From Eledone cirrhosa (lineage: Eukaryota), in contig CAXHJY010000165.1 of the NCBI GenBank assembly GCA_964016885.1, positions 1 through 64,000 on the forward strand: 64,000 bases of DNA. The letters run 5' to 3'. Every line of letters begins with the position of its first letter. Positions within the stretch are counted from its first letter, which is position 1. The notes under the pieces were generated by a model, which was not told the DNA's origin, did no database searches, and saw only the letters and a list, made by a program, of their open reading frames with translations. Position numbers and translations under genes: made by a program. Shown here piece by piece: positions 1-12,059 of the stretch.

Positions 1-74
1 ACATACATATATATATATATATATATGCATATACACATGCCAACATACATATAGAAACATTATATATATATAGT

Positions 75-418
75 GGAGGCCATCGCTTAGTGGTTAGAGC
101 ATTGGCCTTGCAATCAAAAGGTTGTGAGTTCAATTCTCAGACCAGGTGATGTGTTGTTTCCTTGAGCAAGACACTTTATTTCACATTGCTCCAGTTTACT
201 CAGCTGTAGAAATGAGATGATAGGGACTGGGGTCCCTATCATTCCACTGCAAAGTGGTCGTGGAGGTGCCACAGCAAAAAAGTACCCAGCACTCACTGTA
301 AATGAGGTTGGTGTTAGGAAGGGCATCCAGCTGTAGAAATCAAGCCAGAATCAGTTCCCGTCCCACCCTTGCAAGCAGGGAAAAAGCGGATGTAAAATGA
401 AATGATGATGAAAATGAT
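75..418 (+). mobile_element. SINE family A (tRNA-derived head, RTE-derived tail)
   Basis: Pol III A-box-like (gcttagtggtt) and B-box (gttcaattc) head; body ccttgagcaagacactttatttcac; tail cccgtcccacccttgcaagcagggaaaa..gtaaaatga(tga)n matching the LINE 3' end near 18697-18760; 8 near-full copies in the window. Confidence 0.9.
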
Positions 419-1489
419 ATGCACACACACACATACATATATATGTATACCCACATACCTACATACATATAGACACATAATACATATATATACACAAACT
501 CAAGCATATATACACATGCATATGTGCATACACATATGCATATATACACATACACAAGCATACATGCACACATACATACATACATGCTCACACAGAGCTT
601 GTTGAATTATAGTCTATTTGTCACATATTAATGTATTATGAAAGCATCAGTATTTATCATGCGATAACCTTAGTTTCTAGAAAGGTAAACAAGATAATTG
701 AAATGATAGAATTTGGCATAAATAGGTGAAAATGTGGCAGTGAAAGGACCAGGGAGAAACACATTTGATCACAAAGAATTCAAAGACTAACAGATGAAAA
801 GTATAATTTGTTATCAAACCGAGAGAGATATAAATAGTAATGTTATGTTGTATTACATATATTATTCTATGTAATAATTTCCTATTGCCATTAGTTTAAT
901 ATTTAATTTCTGTAAAGACCAAATAATATTTCTTCAGCCAGCATGGGTTCGAGATTATACCTGTTTAATTATTCATAAAAATGTCATTGCTATTCAGTTT
1001 AAGTAGAAGATACTGATGTTCAAGCAGAACCGAGTGAAAATTATTATTAACAGCTGGATGAGAAGGAAAAATAAAAACACACCAAAAATACAAAATAACC
1101 CCAAACAATACAAAATGAAAAACAAAACAAAAATAATAGAAAAAAAAAACACAAACAAAAAAATAACAAAAAATGATAGAAATCTCATAAACTCAAACAA
1201 TTTTTTATCAGCATTTATATAATGTTATTGATAAACTTCAAACCTAATCAAGCACAAACAATATTACTACTATTGATCTAGTTTTATGAGACTCCTTCTG
1301 ATAAGCTGACTGGTTAAGATGTTCATTGAAATTTAACATCGTTAAAATATGCAGACACAAAATTTTTTCCTATATCCAATATATTTTTAAAATATAATTG
1401 TGATTACATAATATTAGATATTTTAGATATTTCATTTATAATAGTTGTGAAGCTTATACTCATTAGAATCTCCCTGAGAATTACATAAA

Positions 1490-1912
1490 CTATTTAGCAT
1501 TTAAACCAGCTTTATCCAGCCAGAATTCTCTAACCTCTTTCTGTTTAACTCTTTAGCATTTACATTACTCTATATATACTATTGTATTTTCATAGTTAAG
1601 GCTTTATCTTACATAATTATTGCACATAATATTGAATCTATGAGAATTAGATGTTATCTATTTTGAGAACAATACCTCAATGTCAGTTTGAGCAGCTAGT
1701 TACAGCTGGTTTGAACAGAAAGAGGTTAGAGAATTTGGCCAGATATGACTGGTTTAAATGCTAAAGGGTTAAACTGGCTCTATACCAATGTTAAGGTATT
1801 GTTCTCAAGATAAATAACATCATCAAAATCTCATAGATTCGATATTATGTGAGATAAAGACTTTACCACAAAAATACAATAGTAAATATAGAATAATGTA
1901 AATGCTAAAGGG
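1490..1912 (+). mobile_element. piggyBac-like MITE with a second copy (1549-1768) nested in reverse orientation
   Basis: Family termini CCCTTTAGCATTTA...TAAATGCTAAAGGG (left ends diverged here); TTAA at 1545/1769 (inner) and 1913 (outer). Confidence 0.75.
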
Positions 1913-3761
1913 TTAAAGGTACACGTGTCTGTGGAATACTCAGCCACACACATGTTAAGTTAACAACTGGTCACATTTTTCTACATCCAACACTATTTTA
2001 AAAATAAAATTGCGAACATGTATTACTAGATATTATATTTATACAGTTGTGAAGCTTACTACCATTTGAATCTCCCCAAGAACTACATTAAAGATACATA
2101 TGTATGTGGAATACTCAGCCACGTACATGCTAGGTTAACATGCAGACATGACATTGGATTGGAAGAGTATGAAATAAAGGTTCTCATTCAAGAACACAAC
2201 ACACTGCCAAGTTTGTGAGCTAAACACTTTAACCACTAAGCTATCTGCATTCACTATTAGATATTACATTTCCAAAATTCAGGACCTTCTCACAACTGTT
2301 GGAGGAACCCTTCCCTAGTTGACCATTGCCACTTCCTATCTCTGGCCATATTGAGCCACATAAGGTAGAGGTTTCAAGTCAGATCCTCACACTATCTTGC
2401 CTTTCGCTGACCTCTGGTTCTTCTCCACTGCCATGCTGTTGATACGCTAATCTACCTGTTACCTCTGAGACAACCTCTGAGACAAGAGACGTAGCCAGCA
2501 TCTTGTCTTTCTTAAAGTATTTTCTGTCATTTTTAACTATGTTTCGTATTTGTTGACTTCCTCAACATATTAAACCTATTGTCTTATTGAAATTTATTTC
2601 AAATCTTAATTTAAAATTACTAAAATATTTCTTTATAACTTTTTCTTTCATTTGTGTGTATTGTGCTTTGTCTATGGCATTAATTTCTAAGTATTTGCAA
2701 GTTTCTGCTGGCTAAATATTCTAACCCAAATTTCATATGAATTTCTATCGTAAATCTGTTTACAGTCTGTAGGAGTGTTTTTAGTTGTTTATTATCTGTG
2801 ATGTCCAACTTGAGGTCAACCATATACAAAAGATGGCTGGTTGACCCAAAAACTTAATATTTATAACTGAGTTCTGATTAGATTACCATTGCAGTTAGAA
2901 TAAGAGTGAATGACCAGTGAATCATCTACATATGTCTGACTGCTATAAACAACAACACAATCTACCACAAATTATATCCTAGCATCTTAGAAATAAGAAA
3001 AAAAACACATTAAACATACCACAAACATTAGCTACTACACCATACCGCCACACCATACCACCCACCATGCCACCATACCAACCCCCACCCAATACCATGT
3101 CAACCACCACACCAAAAATATATGATATTTATTTATACATAGCATATATATATATGTATAAATAAATATCATATATTTTTTATTTTACTATATTTATATA
3201 TAATATGTATCATTTGATATTTAATATACTATTATATCATCTCTACCGCCCCCCTTGGTCCCTAGTGGCCCTGGACTTTATCAATGCCCCCCCCCCCTGG
3301 TTGGTAGCTTTCTCTTTGACACCCTCTTGCCTACAGAATTAGAGCAGCTCTGGAGTTGTAATTCTAACCCTGACAACAAAAACCAGCAAAGACAATGCTG
3401 AAATGAGTGACATTAAATTGATCACACAGATCAGTCTGGAATGTTTGGTTGGGTATACAGTATGCTATTCCTGCTATATACTATAAAAAAAAATAAAACA
3501 AGTAATTGAAATTGATGAGAGGAAGAAAAATAAAAGAGGGAGATTCAATGACAATGTCTTCCCAGACAGAGAATAAGCTGTTGTGTTTCTTATTTCTTCA
3601 TTTCTTGTACTATGGGAAGTTATTTATATCAGCTTTATATAAAAAGCAAAGTGCGATGAGGAAAGAGGAGGTGCAGACATGTTTCTGTGGTAGATGGTAG
3701 ATATTATTGTACAATGCCAACTTGATGATAGAGTAGAATAATTAGATAAATAATTAAATGA

Positions 3762-4740
3762 ATATATATGTATGTATGTGTGTATATATATGTATATATG
3801 TGTGCATATGTATGTATATATGTGTGTAAGTGTGATATGTGTGAATGTATATGTGTATATATGTATGTATGTATATCTGTATATGTATATATATGTGTAT
3901 ATGTATATATATGTGTATATGTATATATATATGTGTATATATGTATATATATATGTGTATATATGTATATATATATGTGTATATATGTATATATATATGT
4001 GTATATATGTATATATATATGTGTATATATGTATATATATATGTGTATATATGTATATATATATATGTGTATATATGTATATATATATATGTGTATATAT
4101 GTATATATATATGTGTATATATGTATATATATATGTGTATATATGTATATATATATGTGTATATATGTATATATATATGTGTATATATGTATATATATAT
4201 GTGTATATATGTATATATATATATGTGTATATATGTATATATATATGTGTACATATGTATATATATATGTGTACATATGTATATATATATGTGTATATAT
4301 GTATATATATATGTGTATATATGTATATATATATGTGTATATATGTATATATATATATGTGTATATATGTATATATATATGTGTATATATGTATATATAT
4401 ATGTGTATATATGTATATATATATATGTGTATATATGTATATATATATATGTGTATATATGTATATATATATATATATATGTGTATATATGTATATATAT
4501 ATGTGTATATATGTATATATATATATGTGTATATATGTATATATATATATGTGTATATATGTATATATATATGTGTATATATGTATATATATATATGTGT
4601 ATATATGTATATATATATATGTGTATATATGTATATATATATATGTGTATATATGTATATATATGTGTATATATGTATATATATGTATATATATATGTGT
4701 GTATATGTATGTATATGTGTATGTATATATGTATATATAT
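3762..4740. repeat. (TA/TG) compound microsatellite with ~22-24 bp higher-order unit
   Basis: gtgtatatatgtatatatatat repeated for about 1 kb. Confidence 0.95.
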
Positions 4741-5165
4741 TGAAAGAGAGAGAGTGGGGACTGTCAGTCAGATGTATTAATCAGATAATGGAGATATTGG
4801 CAGATAGACAGACTGTGTGGGTAAATTGAGGAGAAGGAGAGATATTGAGGAGGAGGTAATCAGATAGGTTGATAAAGGAGGAGGAGAAAAACTAAGGGGT
4901 GAAGGTGAAGAGACACAATAAATAGAGAGAGGGGAAGAAACAGAGGAAAATACACAGAAATATGAAGCCTATAGAATAATGAGTGATTTAGAAAGATTGA
5001 GAGAGAGAGGAGAGAGAGAGAGGGAGTGACACCGAAAGACAGACAGCTACCAAGAGACAGACATACTGACATCCTGAGAGTCCAAAAGACAACTAACTAG
5101 ACATAGATGGATTAAGAGACAGGTACAAGACACCACATAAACATATATATGTGTATATATATATA

Positions 5166-5479
5166 TCATTTCATCATCATTTTATGTCCGCTTTTCCCTG
5201 CTTGCAAGGGTGGGACGGGAACTGATTCTGGCTTGATTTCTACAGCTGGATGCCCTTCCTAACACCAACCTCATTTACAGTGAGTGCTGGGTGCTTTTTT
5301 GCCGTGGCGCCTCCACGACCACTTAGCAGTGGAATGATATGGACCCCAGTCCCTATCATCTCATTTCTACAGCTGAGTAAACTGGAGCAATGTGAAATAA
5401 AGTGTCTTGCTCAAGGAAACAACACATCACCCGGTCCAAGAATTGAACTCACAACCTTTCGATTGCAAGGCCAATGCTA
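5166..5479 (-). mobile_element. SINE family A, head slightly truncated
   Basis: Reverse complement of the 75-418 element. Confidence 0.9.
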
Positions 5480-5525
5480 TATATAGATATATATGTATAT
5501 ATCTATATATAGATATATACATGTG

Positions 5526-5574
<49 letters not shown>

Positions 5575-5715
5575 GTATATGTCTATATATAGATATAGAT
5601 ATATACATGTGTATTTATTTATTTATATATATATATATAGAGATATACATATATATATATACATACAGACACACAGTGTGAGAGAAATCAAGCTAGAGAG
5701 ATGGGCAGCAAGAGG

Positions 5716-5777
<62 letters not shown>

Positions 5778-5780
<3 letters not shown>

Positions 5781-6121
5781 GATATTAAATAAATGGAAAC
5801 TATATTTATAAAACCATATTTATTTCATTATATATATTTCAGGGATATCATATTAACAATATGTTATGCCTTCTTCAGACAAAATACAATATAGACAGTT
5901 TTATAGATATAAAACTGTCTATATTGTATTTTGTCTGAAGAGGGCATAACATATTGTTAATATGATATCCCTGAAATATATATAATGAAATAAATATGGT
6001 TTTATAAATATAGTTTCCATTTATTTAATATCGTAAATATACTCCAAATACTTGTTGAGTGCTTTTATATCAGTTATAAATATTTACTAGTTGTAACCCA
6101 ACAATTTAAATATAACTTTCC
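5778..6121 (+). mobile_element. Penelope-like fold-back element (128-bp arms plus ~86-bp tail) in (TA)n
   Basis: 5778-5905 is the reverse complement of 5908-6035 (1 mismatch seen); unique tail 6036-6121; (TA)n on both sides; related to 20389-20692, 9868-10119 and 10409-10631. Confidence 0.7.
5927..5992 (+). ncRNA. Minimal type I hammerhead ribozyme motif (mirror copy 5821-5886 on -)
   Basis: tattttgt-CTGAAGA-ggg..cct-GAAA-tatata-TA-atgaaata; stem I 8 bp with G-U pairs; palindromic stem III. Confidence 0.65.
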
Positions 6122-6351
6122 ATATATATATATATATATATTATATATAGACAGCTAGATAGATTAGGTAAAAAAAGAAGAGAGGGATAGTCAGTGTCCA
6201 AGAATAAATGAATGAAGCTGTAGTAGAAAATGGTTGAATTACATAGATGATGATGGATAGCATATTAGACTAACAGCTTAATATTATGATAAATATTTGG
6301 TGTGTGTGTCTGTGTGTGTATATATATATACATATACACATATATATATAA

Positions 6352-6395
<44 letters not shown>

Positions 6396-6432
6396 AATTA
6401 ATATAAAGAATATATATATATATATATATATA

Positions 6433-6625
6433 ACGAGGGAAATGTGGTAAGGAACCAGGTAGACCATAACGCACCAAAGTACTCAATACTTAGGGTAGTA
6501 GAGTGGGTAATAGGAATGAGTAGGACCCCGATGGCTGAGCTCAAGCCGTTTTGACGGCTAATTTAGTCCAGAATTAGCCGTCAAAATGGCTTGAGCTCAG
6601 CCGTCAGGGTCCTACACGTTCCTAT
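6433..6625 (-). mobile_element. Short (TA)n-embedded element with terminal hairpin (family 2)
   Basis: Hairpin ataggaa...ttcctat at 6510-6625; shared tail gtggtaaggaaccagg..gcacca(a/g)agtactcaatactt also at 23835, 45143 and 56330. Confidence 0.65.
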
Positions 6626-6722
6626 ATATATATATATATATATATAAATGAGCGGAGCAAGCAATTATCAAACAATCTTTTAAATGAATTAAAAAACGAT
6701 TTAAATATTCACCTATTCTATT

Positions 6723-6802
6723 GCTGTTACTGACGGTTTCACTAATCCAAAGATTGGAAATCCACAGAATTTCCAATGGAAAGAATTAGATCTTCAGACA
6801 GC
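6723..6802 (-). ncRNA. Hammerhead ribozyme motif
   Basis: Minus strand: gctgt-CTGAAGA-[ctaat/attag + attggaaat/atttccaat stem II]-GAAA-ccgtcag-TA-acagc; stem I 5 bp perfect. Confidence 0.65.
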
Positions 6803-7170
6803 TTATTTCCTTACCATAAGGGTGCAAATCTCATAGTAAGTCAATATTTCGCTTCCTGCCCAACGCATGCGGTCAAGCCATTAAAGTGACACACACGCAA
6901 AATTAGGCCACAAGTAAAAGCTGGTTATAAACTTGTTGATCATGCCACTAAAAATAGCAGCGCGATACGTTTTGTTCTCTACATAAGCAGAAAAATCATA
7001 AAAGGGTATGGATATTCCAACAGGAACTAGGTACCTATAGAAATATGCATGGTGTTCATAATAGTTGTGGTTCGATGGTACTAATTTGAGATACCAGAAC
7101 TATAAAAATGAGCAGAGCAAGCAATTATCAAACAATCTTTTAAATAAATTAAATATGTATATATATATAT

Positions 7171-7978
7171 AGTAATAAGAATATTGATATTTATATATGT
7201 TTAATACAATTTTAAATATGTAGGGTAGTACTAAGTACTAGCCGGTTACCGGTGTGACAAAAGGCTCAATGCAAATTTTCAAGTGTTTTACAGAGCCGAG
7301 ATACAAAGTGTTAAAACGATCAAATTTTAGTTTAGAACATTTATTTGCTGACAATTGTTTCTTCCAGAGGGAAGTCTGGATTCATCGGAGCATAGGGAAT
7401 GTCGAAACATGATACTAAAATCCTAGTTATTCAGAACATTTAGGGTACATAATTGTTGTTAGTGTCATAGGCATCATGTGGAGAGTCAGGAGTTAAAAAG
7501 ATGTTCTGCTTGAGAGAACACAATTACTGGCAGCACTGGCTGAAAGTGTAAGAGGTATATGCAAAAAGTACAGGAAAAAAGTTATAAGCAAGGAAAGTTG
7601 TGGGATAGGATTGACATAAGATATAATATATCTTAACATTGGAGAACAGTTAATGTTATGGGTGTACAATGCAGGAGTCAATACGGCATGTATGAGGAAA
7701 GAGTTATAATGCAGTTGAAATAAACATATTTTGTGTGGGGTGTTAAAGCATGTTATAATTGTTATAAATGTTTAAGATAGTGTGCAATTTGTGAGAGAGG
7801 CATGTGGTGATAATGTATGTATTTGTTATGTGAGGTGTAATGCAAAACACATGATAAAGTTGGATAGGTGATTTTCATTCAAGTGTTTTTGTGTTGTAGT
7901 TCGTATGTATGCCTGGAAGAAACAACTGTCAGCAAATAAATGTTCTGAACTAAAATTTGATCGTTTTAACACTTTGTA
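7171..7978 (-). mobile_element. Fold-back element: ~65-bp inverted arms (7302-7366 / 7913-7978), left tail, degenerate hammerhead at 7346-7392
   Basis: Minus strand: tgct-CCGATGA-(a)tccaga..tctgga(a)-GAAA-CAATTG-TC-agca (core U4>C); (TA)n flanks. Confidence 0.55.
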
Positions 7979-8109
7979 AATATATACATATATATACACA
8001 TACAGATATATATATATATATATACAGATATATATATCCCATCTAAATGAGACACTATCCCACTGAAATAATTAAACATTCATTGTATAGTATAGTAATT
8101 TTATGAACA

Positions 8110-8415
8110 TCGCCGAGGTCAACTTTGCCTTTCATCCTTACGGGGTCAATAAAATAAAGTACCAGTAATGTACTGAAAAATTGCTGGCCTTGTGCCAAAA
8201 GTAGAAACACTTATTATAGTATAGTAGTTCTATAAACATAAGGGACAATGGCAGTATCGGTAGAGGGTCGGACGCCATGCTTTGCCCTTTATGGTCTGAG
8301 TTCAAATCCTGCCAAGGTTAATTTTGCCTTTCATCCCTACAAGGTCGATAAAATAAAGTACCAGTAATGTACTGTGTATTTTCTGGCCTTGTGCCAAAAG
8401 TAGAAACAATTAATT
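8110..8415 (+). mobile_element. SINE family B, one partial and one near-full copy
   Basis: tggcagtatcggtagag A-box, gagttcaaatcc B-box, conserved body actttgcctttcatcc..gtcgataaaataaagtaccag, tail ggccttgtgcc..agtagaaacaatt. Confidence 0.8.
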
Positions 8416-9079
8416 ATTATAGTATAATAGTTTTATAAACATAAGGGAAAAACATTTATTATAGTATAGTAGTTCTATGAACATAAGGGGCAAACATTCC
8501 TTATTATGTCTTCTACGTGATTTTTAAAGATGATAACATTTATTAGGAATGGAAATCCAGTTAGATGATCATTTCGTCTTTGTGGGACCAATTTATCATG
8601 TATGTTGATATAAGATTATTGATTCTAATGGGTTGGATAACTCCAAGATATTTCTTCTACTTTTGTACAGGAAAACACACACAAACAGCTATATACAACG
8701 ATCACATATACACACACACACACTGAACACTCACTTACACACACACACACACACACACACTGAACACTCACTTACACACACACACTGAACACTCACTTAA
8801 ACACACACAAACTGAACACTCACATACATACATACACACACACACACTGAACACTCACTTACACACACACAAATTGAACACTCACATACATACACACTGA
8901 ACACTAACATACTCACACATTGAACACATACATACACTGAACACTCACATACACTGACCACACACATACACACACACACTGAACACTCACATAAGCACAC
9001 ATGGAACATTCACATACATACACACACAAACACACTGAGCACTCATATAAACACACATACAGTTGTTCATTATCATATC

Positions 9080-9111
<32 letters not shown>

Positions 9112-9333
9112 ATTTGTGTTCACTATCTTTACCCCTCATACAGCAATACACAATGATTGCATACACGCGCACATACTGAATACTCGCATATACACATACA
9201 GTTACTCATTATCATATCACACACTCACTGAACACTCACATACACACTTCATATCACACACACATACACAAACATTCTTTATACATGTCATTGAGTGCTT
9301 CATCTTATCTGTATCACTTAACCCCTATTATAA

Positions 9334-9384
<51 letters not shown>

Positions 9385-9510
9385 CACCAGAATCAACAGT
9401 TTTTCAAGAGATGGCAACCTGAATGGACCTGTTATTTTTCTCTAAAAACATTTTTTTTCAATCCCACCATGCCCATCCCTTCAATCTATCTTATCTTATG
9501 TCTCATTATT

Positions 9511-9546
9511 TCTTCTGATGAAGGACTAGCAACTGAAACGTTAAGA
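9511..9546 (+). ncRNA. Very small hammerhead-like motif
   Basis: tctt-CTGATGA-ag..ct-GAAA-cg-TT-aaga; stem II only ~2 bp. Confidence 0.4.
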
Positions 9547-9591
9547 CCCTCTTTCTGCTATTTCAAGTGTTAACCTAATATTTTCCTTCCA

Positions 9592-9795
9592 TGTGGCCGT
9601 GTAGGCAACACGGTAAAAACCTCCCAGACCCACACTGTAAATGTGGTTGGTGTTAGGAAGGGCATCCAACTGTAGAAAACCTGCCAGACAGTCCTATGCG
9701 AGCAAGAAAATCACTCTTGCCTCAAGTGGGACTACCCCCGTCCAAACCCATGCAAGCATGGAACACGGACGTTAAACGTTGATGATGATGATGAT
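9592..9795 (+). mobile_element. RTE-tailed non-autonomous retroposon fragment
   Basis: ggtgttaggaagggcatcc module plus cccatgcaagcatggaa..cggacgttaaac(gat)n tail; closely matches the reverse complement of 29493-29696. Confidence 0.75.
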
Positions 9796-9832
9796 ACTTC
9801 CATATACTGTGTTGTTATTTCTGTTTACCTTT

Positions 9833-9867
<35 letters not shown>

Positions 9868-10115
9868 GGTTGCATTCTTTAAGGGTATGTCAATATTTAT
9901 TTATAAAACTGCTCTATATTATATTTTATCTGATGAAAGCACACCATAACTTAACTTGGTGTCCTTGAAACATGTATAATGAAATAAATATGGTTTTATA
10001 AATATAGTTTCCATTTGTTAATATATCATATTTTTACTCCAATAATTTGTTGAGTACTTTATATCAGTTATAAAAATATTTGCTTGTTGTATCCCAACAA
10101 TTTAAATAGAACTTC

Positions 10116-10119
<4 letters not shown>
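9868..10119 (+). mobile_element. Hammerhead-bearing element (motif 9922-9986), inverted partner of 10409-10631
   Basis: tattttat-CTGATGA-aa..acacca/tggtgt..tt-GAAA-catgta-TA-atgaaata; tail homologous to 6036-6121; (TA)n flanks. Confidence 0.65.
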
Positions 10120-10155
<36 letters not shown>

Positions 10156-10193
10156 TTCAAAATATTAATAAATATAGACATTCATGTAATCAA

Positions 10194-10270
10194 ATATATT
10201 TTATTATATATATTTCGGAGGTACTGTGCTGTTTCCTCAGTACGTCACGTCCTCATCAGATAAAATATAT
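10194..10270 (-). ncRNA. Hammerhead ribozyme motif
   Basis: Minus strand: atatattttat-CTGATGA-gga..gtactg/cagtac..tcc-GAAA-tatata-TA-ataaaatatat; 11-bp perfect stem I. Confidence 0.75.
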
Positions 10271-10408
10271 AAATTGATGTATGACATACCTCAACTGTGC
10301 TGATGGTTCAATTCCAGTCTTGGCAGTCATATATATAAATATATATATATATATTTGATGCATAGAGTTACGGCCCTTGCCATTCTGAGTTCATTTATAT
10401 ATATATAT

Positions 10409-10631
10409 ATGTAGAAGTTCTATTTAAATTGTTGGGATACAACAAGCAAATATTTTCATAACTGATATAAAGCACTCAACAAATTATTGGAGTAAAAATA
10501 CGATATATTAACAAATAGAAACTATATTTATAAAACCATATTTATTTCATTATACATATTTCAAGGACACCAAGTTAAGTTATGGTGTGTTTTCATCAGA
10601 TAAAATATAATATAGAGCAGTTTTATAAATA
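10409..10631 (-). mobile_element. Hammerhead-bearing element (motif 10543-10607)
   Basis: Near-identical reverse complement of ~9897-10119. Confidence 0.65.
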
Positions 10632-11443
10632 TATATATATAAATGAACTCAACAAGGGTTGAACAGGTCTATATAGACCAAGTCAGTACTGAAACAAAGC
10701 CACTGATCTCCCAGGCAGTCCACAGACTTGTGCACTTATGTACAGTATCATGTGCCATCGAGTGCTCAGAAGAGGTTGTCATGCATTTGACACTACTGCA
10801 GGTCTTCCCAACCATTTGTTTAGCAAGATATATGTATATGTTTTATATATTTATAGTTCAAGATAAAAGAAAAACAAAGAGCAATTACAGAAAGTAAATC
10901 TTGCAGGAGACAGAAAAATATCTTCACATATCGGATATTTGTGTAGTTTGGAGAGAGGGGAGAAGGCTGGAAATATGAGAAAGAAAATAATACAAGGAAA
11001 AATGTATCAGCTTCGCTGGGGTGTGCAGGTCTTTGGAAGTAATTCTGCCTCAATAACTCTTTCTCACTTCGTTTGTCTCACTCTCTATCCTTCTCTGGAA
11101 GAAATCTCCTGTACTCAGACTTAGAGAGGGATGGGCTTTGCCATGCTTTAAAAAATGCCCCCAAAACGCTGTAGCATTTGAAATACTCTATATTTACTGT
11201 TGTATTTTCTTGGTAAAGGCTTTATCTCTCATAATTATCTCACATAATATCGAATCTATGAGATTTTGATATCATTTATTTTGAGAACAATACTCTAACG
11301 TCAGTATGAGTGGTCTGTTATGGACAGTTTGAACAGAAAGAGGTGAGAGAATTCTGGCCGGATACAGCCAGTTTAATTACTAAGGGTATTTAAATATATT
11401 TATATACAGCACCCCTGTGAATCCATCAGAAGGTACTATAGGA

Positions 11444-11820
11444 CCATATCATACCATACAAAGTAGCCCAGCATGAGAGATGGTATGGGTAGTGGTACAG
11501 AAGTGGTGCCAGAGTATAGGGCCATATCATACCATGTAGTCCAACATGGGGGATGGTATGGGTAGTGATACAGAAGTGGTGCCAGAGTATAGGGCCATAT
11601 CATACTATGTAGTCCAACATGGGGATGGTTTGGGTAGTGGTACAGAAGTGGTGCCAGAGTATAGGGCCATATCATACCATGTAGTCCAACATGGGGGATG
11701 GTATGGGTAGTGGTACAGAAGTGGTGCCAGAGTGTCGAGGTCTATCACTGGTGCTGCCATACCATGTAACCCAGAATGAGAGATGGTATGGGTAGTAGTA
11801 CAGAAGTGGTGGCAGAGTAT
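11444..11820. repeat. 72-73 bp minisatellite, ~5 copies
   Basis: cagaagtggt(g)ccagagt recurs at 11498, 11571, 11643, 11716 and, diverged, at 11801. Confidence 0.9.
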
Positions 11821-12059
11821 CTGGGTCTATGAATGATGCTGCAAATGTATGTGTGTAACATGTGATTGTGCATATTGCAGTTTATACATTTTCCAATATA
11901 TTCAGGTAGCAAATGCATCTAACTGCCTACTAGACAGAACTATTTTGCTGACTGAAGTAGCTGTACTAGACAGTTGGGTACTCCTTGGTCTGCTTTTAAT
12001 GAGATACAGACCTAGATTTAAAGAAACACACAACATCAAACTACATACTTGAATAGTAA

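Noticed and set aside
114-326. Recurrent [14 protein letters not shown].. peptide ORFs
   Set aside because: Antisense translation of SINE A copies.
3704-4829. Long Y/I/C/V/M ORFs (also 14760-15933, 26849-27716, 45832-46745, 54737-56006)
   Set aside because: Translations of TA/TG microsatellites that are open in several frames on both strands; not proteins.
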